Part shown: positions 51,430-60,881 of the stretch, piece by piece | Numbering within the stretch: the stretch's first letter is position 1 | Layout of the letters: each line of letters begins with the position of its first letter | NCBI GenBank assembly: GCA_910592345.1 | Contig: CAJVPI010000073.1 | Coordinates: 1-60,881, forward strand | Source: Paraglomus brasilianum | Taxonomy: Eukaryota | DNA length: 60,881 nt | Reading direction: 5' to 3' | The notes under the pieces: generated by a model | The model's input: the letters and a program-made list of their open reading frames with translations, nothing else | Database searches by the model: none | What the model was told of the DNA's origin: nothing | Made by a program: the position numbers and the translations under genes

Positions 51430-51640
51430 AAAAGGGCCAGTCTATAACTTCAGACGCATTATCCTAAAGACAGTTTTTAGCGAGGAAGCTAGTATGTTTT
51501 GGGTCGTTGTCTTGTTGAAACCGCCACTCGTTTCTTAATAAGTCTACAATGTCTCCGGAATATGTCTACATGAATGTTTGTATAAAACTGTTTACCCTTA
51601 TGCAGAATCCTATCCAAGCAAAGAGCTTCGTTTGATACTT
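51430..51640 (-). mobile_element. Tc1-like (DDE_3) transposase relic
   Basis: Minus strand reads NEWRFQQDNDPKHTSFLAKNCL*DNASEVIDWP, the second catalytic D motif (QQDNDPKHTS), preceded by KLFAWIGFC. Confidence 0.8.
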
Positions 51641-54303
51641 TGACATAGGGTAATAAATAATTTTGCGTTTATGAATTTTTACACCATTCCTAATGTCTTT
51701 GTCCCTCAACTGCTGTATAACTTGGCGATTAGTCTAGATGTCATCGTTCTAATTGATATTTCTCGAAGAATGGTGAAGGAATTTAGGAATAATATTAGTG
51801 AAAAATACCTATAGACAAGCAGTTCAGATATAACTTTACAATTTACATTGTTTAAATCGACCTAAAATTGGTGGACTAAATGTTGAGAAAATATTCCTGC
51901 TTTTTTTGTTCTACACTGTATTTATATACATCACGTACAGCTATTTTCTATACACTATTCCACCATGTTACTTACTAGCAACACGCTATAAAGAAACCAC
52001 TCTGCTTCTAATATATATTTTCGGGAAGACACATAACAGCCTTGATCGTGGTCAATAAACAGAACATTTCGTATCAAACAATATTAAGGAAGAAAACTCA
52101 CGTACTATCAACGTTACCTAAAATTACTAGTAAGTATAGTAAAATTTTTATTTCTGAAATATCTACTGTTAGAATTTACTACGTAAAAAACAATAATTTT
52201 GGTATCGTTTTGAAGCTAATTGATTATATTTTCAAAAAAAATCAAAACAAAAAACGAAGATATATTTAGTTTGTGATAATGTAGAGCTTTATTGTCTAAC
52301 TACGGTTAACCGCTAGAGCTAGTTTTAACATATATACCAGGCCAGGCAATAAAGAGCTTGGTCTAGGATATATTTAGTTGCAGTTGAGCATATCGATGCT
52401 ACACATGATTTTTATATATTTAGCATAGATACGCCCACACCATCGAACTGCGAAAACTAAATATAATTCATGGTGCTCGGCGTTGTTCGAAATATGCTAC
52501 AATAAACCTTATTGATTTAAAGGGAATAATGGATTTAAAATGTGAAAATTACCAAAGACAAATGTAAAAACAAGTTATCTAAGAAAATGTAAGGTGCGTG
52601 GTCACAAGGAGATGACATAGGAGACGAGGTTAGAAGCCGTATGGCTGTTTGGGTAAAATATGTACTAGGACTTCTTCTTTTTTTGACAATACTAATACAA
52701 TCAATTAGTTTCAAAATTATTATCCTTACGTAGTAAACATTGACAGTGGAGATTTTCGGAAATAACGATAGTAAATTTTATTATGCTTACTAGTAAATTT
52801 TACAAATCATCCGCTATGTAGTCGATAACACTCATTATTATTACGCCAACTATAATCCAACATACGGTTTCTCTCACTTTATCAACACACGGAAATATAA
52901 GATTAGTTAGTAGATAAAAGGGTGTGAAGACATATTGTCACGAGCTAATAGCTCCTTCGGCAATAGAATGAATTTGAATATTATTTTTCAGGATAAAGTT
53001 TTGGCATTTTCTTGTGTTCCGAATTGGTCACTTGTAATAAAGTAAATTTGATAATTTGGAATATTAGACGCTGTATATAAGCTATACTGACTGCATCATT
53101 GATGGCAAACGTAAAGGGCGAAAACTAGAAATTAGCAATTAGGAACGACTCTCATTACTGTTATATTTCCGACGCTTCGGTTACGATGTAACAAAAGACA
53201 CTTTAACTCAAACCTTTTCCTGCTATTAGTGCGCGTGTAATGTACATTTGGTCGTTTTCTGCCTATAGTCGTAATGTCATTTCTGAACGCCGATTGGCCC
53301 CGAAAAAATATTGAGTAAAGGGCGAGTGAGGAGTCAATTTATAACAGCAACGTAAGCAATGTTTAACAAATTATTGTTATAGTAAAAAAATCCCTCAATT
53401 TATTGGATAAATTTGATACAATAGACAACTATTAAAACTAAGCATTATTGCAGGAACTAAAAAGCTACCAATCTTCGTTTGATTTCTTTTTTTTTCTGCG
53501 CTGGCTGTTAAGTTTTTTAAAAGATAAACTTCAATTTTTTGCTTTGTTGGATATAAGCCTTTATTCCCTTTGCATATTTAGAGCATCCAATGTGTTAATA
53601 ATAACAACGTTTAAAATATTTTCATCACTGTCATCTCCAGCGATCGAATTATCCTAATTTTGGCATAAGGTCAATAATTTCGGCATTGTCTTCCTATAGC
53701 GAATAGAAAATGAACAAAAAAAGAGATGTGTCACTCAGATTTGCTAATTTAGTCGACCGTTATATTAAATGTTGGTAGATTCCGATACTTTTTTCCAATA
53801 AGTATTTTTCCAAAAAAAATGTCGTTATACCGGTATAACGAAAATTTATGTATAATGTCGTTACATCGAATAAATAATTTTTTTGTTCTATCGAGACTCG
53901 TATCACACCATTGTTTATGTAATGTTATCGAAATAAAATGTACTTATTATTTCAAACTGGGTCAACCCGATTTAGAATTAGATCAAATTGTAATTTGGGG
54001 TCAGAACATATAAATCGTTGAGAAAATTTAATAGTACGGTATATCGTCTTTATTCAGAAATAGTCAATATTAATATTAATAGAGAATGGCCAACTTAAAA
54101 AAATCATCTACCCTCAAAGAGTATGAATAAGTGTAATCGCTATTTCTACATCCAAGGAAACCGATAGAAAGCAAGCAATAAGGTATCTCAGTTCGATAAA
54201 CAATGAAAACCCAAAATTTACTAATACCAAAAATCCGATATATATATAAAATAAATAAGGTTAAACGGACAAATTACGTGTACTTGTATATTCTTTTTTT
54301 TTA

Positions 54304-54846
54304 TCATTGAATAATAGACAATAATTCTTCCAGAGTAATATCCGCTTTCACAATAATTACTGTGCGTCTATGACTCGCAGCGGTTGCCATCGCACCAGCG
54401 TTGTTGGAAGGAGTAGAGGTAGGTAGTGTTTGAACTAAAGTTTGGGGAAGAGGATAATGAACAGAAGGCGGATTGTAGTTGGCCAAATCATAGTTTATAG
54501 TTGAATAGTTGACCATATTTTCATTGTTTCTGATATATCCGTAATTTTCGGTATCCAACGATTCATTCACCCCAATGTAAATGCCGTTATGATCGAAAAG
54601 GCCGATATCAGAAGGAAAAGAATCTTGACCGGGAGGTTGGAGAGGCGTTTGATTGTGTTGGTAGGATTGGATGCCATTGTAGCCCATACTAATCGGTTGA
54701 TCCATGTTCGCGTAACCAAGGTCCGTAATAATTGTTTGATTTAATGGAAAGCCGTTTGTATAGTTAGAGTCCATGCTATTCAGCTGATCAGATTGAATAT
54801 TGTATGTATAGCTTTCGTGATCCGATTGGACATCAAAACCGGCCAT
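54304..54846 (-). CDS. N/Q/S/Y-rich low-complexity protein (180 aa)
   Basis: Start MAGFDVQSDHESYTYNIQSDQ; C-terminus TVIIVKADITLEELLSIIQ*. Highly similar to 49054-49863. Confidence 0.8.
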   Translation of the reverse strand: MAGFDVQSDHESYTYNIQSDQLNSMDSNYTNGFPLNQTIITDLGYANMDQPISMGYNGIQSYQHNQTPLQPPGQDSFPSDIGLFDHNGIYIGVNESLDTENYGYIRNNENMVNYSTINYDLANYNPPSVHYPLPQTLVQTLPTSTPSNNAGAMATAASHRRTVIIVKADITLEELLSIIQ

Positions 54847-55360
54847 ATCGGTATCGAGCGAGTATAAGCAACGATAAGAGATTGGGCAAAACCTATTATA
54901 AATGCGAAAAATGCGCGAATGGTGCGAATGTGTGCATAATACGTGGAATAGTATATTATTCAAAGAGCTTGAAAGGGAGGGGAGAGTGAACAACGAAACA
55001 AAGTTCGATACTATTCAAGACCGGGGGGGTGTGTATATATATGGATATTCTGTGTAGCACAACTATGGGTTATACAATATTTAGAATTGATATTATTTCC
55101 CCCCCCAAATGAGGAAATAACTGAGGTATGACTATTATTGGTTAACGTATTTGAATTTACTATAAAGAAACCACCTGATCGCGGTCAATTTTTAATATTA
55201 ATGAAGAAAACCCATTTCTTTCTACAAATTCTTATAATCATTCATTCTGACGATATCATCCCAGTTCGCTATGTACTCGTGATTCAGCATACGACTCGCT
55301 TTATCAAATTCAATACCACATACGCAATTCCCAACGTTATCATTATAATACGTACAGTAA

Positions 55361-55597
55361 ATCAACTCGCTCTACAAGCGTACACACTGTAATGCATTTA
55401 TAATCTATCGCCGTAACCTAGTAGCATCATTGAAAGAAAAAGGTGGTGACGTTAAATTTCAAGATATCAGCGATAAAGCCAGCGAAGCCTGGAGAAAGGA
55501 GAGACAAGGAGTGAAGCAGTTCTTTAAATGCTTGGCTGTTATGGGGAAGATAGTGCAACAAACAGTGTGCAAACTTCATATCAATATAAAAATCTAG
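55361..55597 (+). pseudogene. MATA-type HMG-box pseudogene
   Basis: Open stretch KRTHCNAFIIYRRNLVASLKEKGGDVKFQDISDKASEAWRKERQGVKQFFKCLAVMGKIV, then a frameshifted YQYK. In-frame TAA at 55358 and no ATG upstream of the domain. Confidence 0.8.
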
Positions 55598-58160
55598 TCT
55601 GCCATGGCATGATGGTAAGGTTAATGGGCATTTTACTGGGTCTTGCATTCACAGTTCGGTAAGACTGACTAATGAAAAAGAATTCGTTTCTCATAGGCAT
55701 TTTCTCGTTCGTTGATTTATTTTAGACGTTCTAGACCGTCGAATTGTAATCCTATCAATGAATAATTCTACGAAACAAGCTGGTAGATACGGTCTGTGGG
55801 TTTACAGTAGAAAGTGTGTTTAAACCTATTATTAACGTTGTAGGATTTAAAATTTATCCCTCCCTGATTATGGTATGCTTCAATACTTACGCGAAAATTT
55901 ACTAGAAGAATTTTTTTACTTCGAGTAACTTTATTTAGCAATTCGGCTATCTGAGCATAGTAACAGTTTCGTATGAATAATGACGTTCGTCTTCTATCTG
56001 TTGCTTCATCATTAGATAATACAAAATTAACGCCTACGTCTGATATTGTGAAGGATTGACCACCCATGGCAAATAAGGCCGAAGTATATCGAATGCTTCT
56101 GGTTATCGCAATGTCTGTGTTCGGAGGCAGTTGATATCACTAATTACTGATATTTCCCGAACGATACGGTATGGAAAATTTCTTGTCAGATGCCAACTAT
56201 ACTATGTAACTGGGTATTTACTCCTAATATAGACGGTGAACTGGTCCCAAGACATTTTGACGGTCCGTTTATTGTCAACATTGGTACTCTTTACTCATTA
56301 TTGTGAATGTCCTGAAAATATTGCATGCTATAATGATGGCATATGATGAAAGCAGCGGCATTGACCTCTCTGAGATTGCCGAAAGGAAAGCGTATAGACA
56401 TCGTATGCAAACGTACGTGGTCAAGAACAAATACAAGCATACCTTATAATCTAGCAATCTCACAGAGATCTATTGCACAATGCTCCTTAATAATAGTAAA
56501 ACAGTCCCCAGTTGTTACATTGGTTTTTTGCCTATTACGTCTTCTCCATGTGTCTTTGACGTTCTGTTGATGATGCTTACAAAAAGCATATTCGGGATAC
56601 GCAATGGTCTTGTTAAGATGGAGGATCCATATTGTCCATTAGTATGGAATGGGTTGATGAGTTGTTTGAATTATGCAAGAATAAGAATTCTTATATTAGA
56701 CAAATCCACCGAGTAATCTGATACCCTCGTTTTTGACGTTTATCATCGATGGGGTTATATAAGTGTGTTCCCTCGATGTGCTTCGATTAAAAATGGCTCA
56801 TGGTATAATTAGACGACGGACTGGTGGCTGCACAATCGCACAAAAATACTACTTTTCAACAGCGCCTTGTGCAGTTGTAAGCGTATCATGCGTGTGTGTT
56901 TACATGCGTTCGCAAGGATGTATCAAATACTGGATCAATGTCTTTCACATCCTACGGTACAAATCTGTCTTTGTTGGATTATGAGTAGCCGAACGTCATC
57001 TTCCGCGGGGGAGGGGACTTGTTATTTCTAGAAACAAGACGTTCTTCCATACGATTCTATATTGTGACGAGACCGTAATTGGTTATGAAGTTCTGATACT
57101 CTTATCCTCGTCTCGCTGAAGAGTAGTTCATGTTTGCCCATGAAAATTATTCTGATGTGGAAGCAAACGATTAAGTTGTGTACTAATAGAATGAGGACAT
57201 AGAAGATGGTATGGTCTTAAAATACAGTGAACCCTCTCCAAAAGCACAATATTTTTCCTCTCTAAATGCAAGCTCTCCCCTGTAAATGCAAACCTCCGTA
57301 AAATGCAAGTCATGACTGATTTGGCCATATGGTCCCAATGCATTGCATTTAGAGAAGGTTCACTGTACCTACTTAGTATTAGCTCTTTAACGCAAAGCAT
57401 CTCCAAGACGTTACCATACTCGCATTATACAATACTTTGTGACTGAAACGACCGATACCTGTTTTCAGCATCCATAATTACGTTTTAAACAAGATCCAAA
57501 GGTGACCGTAAATCGACCTTATTCTTTGAACCAAGACCGAGTAAACAAACAGTAATGTTAGAAGTGAGTCTTTTGTAGGATTGCTATTGCTGACTGTCGG
57601 TGATAAAATGCAAGCAGGAGTCGAAAAATGGTATTCTAAAAATTTGACAAAAGTGGCGGGTAAAGATGATAAGAATGTGAACATAGTACAGATGGCGGAA
57701 AGAGCGAGTAGCAACCCAAATAAAGCCTTATCAGCGATTTTTACTCGAATGTATTCAAGCTCTACAACTGACTAACCCATATATGAGTATTGCGTGATTC
57801 CACGACGGCTCTCCATCACTACTCTTCACTTGCTCCGTTCGTATGTGAGCTGACCCTAAAGTGAGACGGGTTGCAGTACTATATACGTACGCATATCTTC
57901 TTCCAAAACTGGGCGGTTAACTTTTGTTGTTGCGCAGCATTCTATGGAAAGTTGTTTTAAGATTTGAACGAAGGCAAATGTGTTTACAGGGAATGAGATT
58001 CAAGAAGGCAATGTGTTTACATAGGAATGGAGATTCAAGAAGGCAATGTGTTTACATAGGGAATGGAGATTCAAGAAGGCAAATGTGTTTACATAGGGTC
58101 AAGATTCTATTGTTTGCGTCGACAGTCAAAAGTCCCTTCTGCAAACATATACATTTGAGT
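55400..58160 (+). repeat. Segmental duplication, copy B
   Basis: See copy A; the offset is 17448 bp across the identical core. Confidence 0.95.
57968..58097. repeat. ~35-bp tandem repeat, about 4 copies
   Basis: Unit gaaggcaatgtgtttacatagg(g)aatg(g)agattcaa is repeated. Confidence 0.9.
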
Positions 58161-58165
58161 CACGC

Positions 58166-58333
58166 TGGTATTAAAATAGCGGGACTGTATAAATGTTACC
58201 AAAGCAAAAGAGCACCTGATATTAAAATAGTGGGACTGTATAAATGTTACCAAAGCAAAAGAGCACGCTGATATTAAAATAGCGGGGACTGTATAAATGT
58301 TACTAAAGCAAAAGAGCACCTGATATTAAAATA
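58166..58333. repeat. ~51-52-bp tandem repeat, 3 copies plus a partial
   Basis: Unit tgatattaaaatagcgggactgtataaatgttaccaaagcaaaagagcacc is repeated. Confidence 0.9.
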
Positions 58334-58967
58334 CTAATCAATTCAACTAATGTAAAGCTATATAAATAATAACAAACAACAAAACATCATAATACAATAT
58401 ACAACAAATCTATTACAGACAACTAACGGTTGTTATTATACACTTGCTATTCCATATACAGTGGTTAGCTGTCTATAATAGATTTTATACACTTGCTACC
58501 ATATAACCAGCAAACTTGGTTGTCATCTACGATGTAATAGATTTTATACACTTGCTATTGTATGTTATATACATAATATCTGACATAAAGGCAGTTAATC
58601 TTAAGCACGGACGGATGTTAATACATTATAACTAACAATAAAATAAAGTATCAGAGATTCTATTTAAACATTTATATTGCACTATATTAATATGTAATGT
58701 TTATTCGTTTTAAACTAGTTTGTGTATATTTAATCCAACCACACATATTTTTGTTATCTTTCGTTGATTTATTTATTGATGGATGGGATGAATTAATTGT
58801 ATACTATCTATGCGTGAAGTGACACATCATATTTGTAATGTCGACCACTGTATAAATACTGTATGTTATATTGTATATTTTATTCTATGTTACTGTTACC
58901 TATTATGTGACATGATATACAAATACATTGTATTGTCATATATATAAATTACGCTGTCATAGACACG

Positions 58968-58980
58968 TCTATATATAAAG
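58968..58980 (+). promoter_or_regulatory. Candidate TATA box for the HMG gene
   Basis: tatatataaag ~70 bp upstream of the ATG at 59047. Confidence 0.4.
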
Positions 58981-59046
58981 TCGATTCATCCCTCTACGAA
59001 TGCAAGACACAGCAAACGTGCTTTCCATCAACTGTCTGATAAAAAC

Positions 59047-60054
59047 ATGTCCACTCCTGTTCCGATTAAACCGGCTACCACTTTGTTCATTGATCAATCT
59101 CATACATCTTCTAGCAACACACCTGCCACTCTACTCACTCTTTTTGAAATCAGTCTCTTGATCTACCCACCCTACATTCTTACTCTCTGCCTTGACGTTC
59201 TTCTCGATCCTACATACAATCAACGCAAAAGCCTTCCTCGTTCTCAAAATTCATGGATTCTTTTCCGTAAAGATTTCGAGGGTCGACTTCGGGCACAATT
59301 CCCTGATAAATCATTTACCATTCACGAGGTCTCGAAGATTGCCGGCAATCAATGGAAGGTTCAACCTGGCTTGGTCAAAGCGTACTTTGGCGTCCTTTCG
59401 AAATTGGCCCAAGAGCGACATAAGCGCGCGTATCCTGATTATGTTTACAAACCAAGAAGAACTAAACAGAGAAAAAGGAACGGGGAATACTTGTTCAAAA
59501 ATATGAACAAAGATACGTTTACGAGCCGTCAAAATAACAGAGTGCATGCCTACGGAACTATCAGAGATACCAATACTATTCAGAACGTAGATGAATGCTA
59601 CCGAGTAAATGAGAGTAATGGAAGCATGGATGACGTGAATACCGACGAACGTCTTGTGTGTGAGGCGCATAATGACCCTTGCCTTGAGAGCTCATCCCAG
59701 GAAGACAATAATGATATGTGTCATGATGCATCATCTATTCAAGTGCCTAGCTCAGATAACGTTTACAACGACACGACTGACATCGACAACTCGTCAATTT
59801 ATCTCGTCGATCAAACGATGCCATACTCCACTTACGATCCTTTCACTTTTCCTACCCCCAATCTTTTCTCAAATACCAATATGATGGTATCCGCTCCATC
59901 GAACCGCACATATGACACGGACTTCTTTAATGTCAATGCGCAGCAGACTGACAATAACGGACAAACGTGGCCATACGATATCAACGGGTATAAAGAGAGC
60001 ATATCCTGTTATTCGATAATGTATGATAACAATGGTATGTTTATCAATGAATAA
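59047..60054 (+). CDS. MATA-type HMG-box transcription factor (335 aa, intronless)
   Basis: PRSQNSWILFRKDF...EVSKIAGNQWKVQPGLVKAYFGVLSKLAQERHKRAYPDYVYKPRR is an HMG box. It has a PPYILTL leader, a basic tail and an acidic D/N/S-rich C-terminus. Confidence 0.93.
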   Translation: MSTPVPIKPATTLFIDQSHTSSSNTPATLLTLFEISLLIYPPYILTLCLDVLLDPTYNQRKSLPRSQNSWILFRKDFEGRLRAQFPDKSFTIHEVSKIAGNQWKVQPGLVKAYFGVLSKLAQERHKRAYPDYVYKPRRTKQRKRNGEYLFKNMNKDTFTSRQNNRVHAYGTIRDTNTIQNVDECYRVNESNGSMDDVNTDERLVCEAHNDPCLESSSQEDNNDMCHDASSIQVPSSDNVYNDTTDIDNSSIYLVDQTMPYSTYDPFTFPTPNLFSNTNMMVSAPSNRTYDTDFFNVNAQQTDNNGQTWPYDINGYKESISCYSIMYDNNGMFINE

Positions 60055-60778
60055 GAAAATAGCTGTATCTGTAACCAAACTTCTATTGTAATTGTAAGCT
60101 AGTTGTATGTTATTATGTAATAAGATGTTGGAAGTGTTTTAATGTGTATATTTCGAATTTTGTACTCTTAAATATAGACCTAAGCCTAGTCCAATTTATA
60201 CATTTTAGATATGATAAATTTCTATGCGTATTCTAAGTTGATAAGGGATATATTAATATTGTATTTGTTACTTGTTCTGATATTATTAAAAATAGATGTC
60301 AATAAAAATATTATTAGATTTTAAAAACCCACCCGAGTCTTTTTACTTGTTAAATGAGATACTCTTGACTATATTGCATGAGTTTGATAGCCATCGCTGC
60401 ATATAGTACCGAAGATATATCTACAAATAGCTACCACCGTTGTCATGCAAATGCTGAAATTGTTTACTCTATGGGGCACAAAGATTCGAGTGCTCAGTGG
60501 CTCCTTGTTTTCTTTCTCCGATTTGTCTCATTAGCGCATATTTTTTTTTCTTAATCAAAGAAGAAGTTAAGCTCTTTACGAAGAACTGTTCATACAGATT
60601 GTGTTCAATTAGTGCTTTAAAATAAGTCGGGTGATGAATAATATATATATTTAGTATTTGGTCTTGACCAAAATGGGGGTAGGCTAAAGCGGAGCAGATT
60701 CTGTGCCACAGCTGCAGCAGATCGCCACAATCATCACAAGCGCCACCACACTTTTGGTATCATGTGATATCAGATCAC

Positions 60779-60840
60779 AAAGTTTCATTATTTGTTTTTC
60801 GAAAACAAAGTTTCATTATTTGTTTTTCGAAAACAAAGTT
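60779..60840. repeat. 28-bp direct repeat, 2 copies plus a partial
   Basis: Unit aaagtttcattatttgtttttcgaaaac is repeated. Confidence 0.9.
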
Positions 60841-60881
60841 ACGCGTTCGGTTTTAGATTACGATGATACATCAGCTTTAAC

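Noticed and set aside
59047..60054. Calling the HMG gene sexM/sexP or MAT1-2-1
   Set aside because: No diagnostic flanking genes are present, and MATA-HMG genes are multicopy in this group.

Overview
AT-rich eukaryotic genomic DNA with short GT-AG introns. The gene families (MATA-type HMG box with a PPYxLTL leader, a multi-exon PD-(D/E)xK-like gene, an ATPase_2-like P-loop gene) suggest an early-diverging fungus, probably Glomeromycota/Mucoromycota; this is inference, no database search was run. The main feature, largely invisible in the ORF track, is a cluster of seven small two-repeat Myb genes at 2.7-22.7 kb. They share one 4-exon structure, an invariant 26-nt microexon and a C-terminal M-x-[ILV]-x-x-[LI]-[LVC]-N motif, but are otherwise strongly diverged. 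The right half holds one intact HMG-box gene (59047-60054), two HMG-box pseudogenes inside a ~2.7-kb segmental duplication with a 918-bp apparently identical core, and a four-member family of N/Q/S/Y-rich intronless genes. It also holds a CpG-depleted 10-exon nuclease-fold gene that appears to have lost its catalytic Asp. A candidate 62-aa secreted peptide gene, a degenerate hairpin-bearing ~150-bp array and several transposon relics lie between these. All gene models were built by eye and need RNA support.
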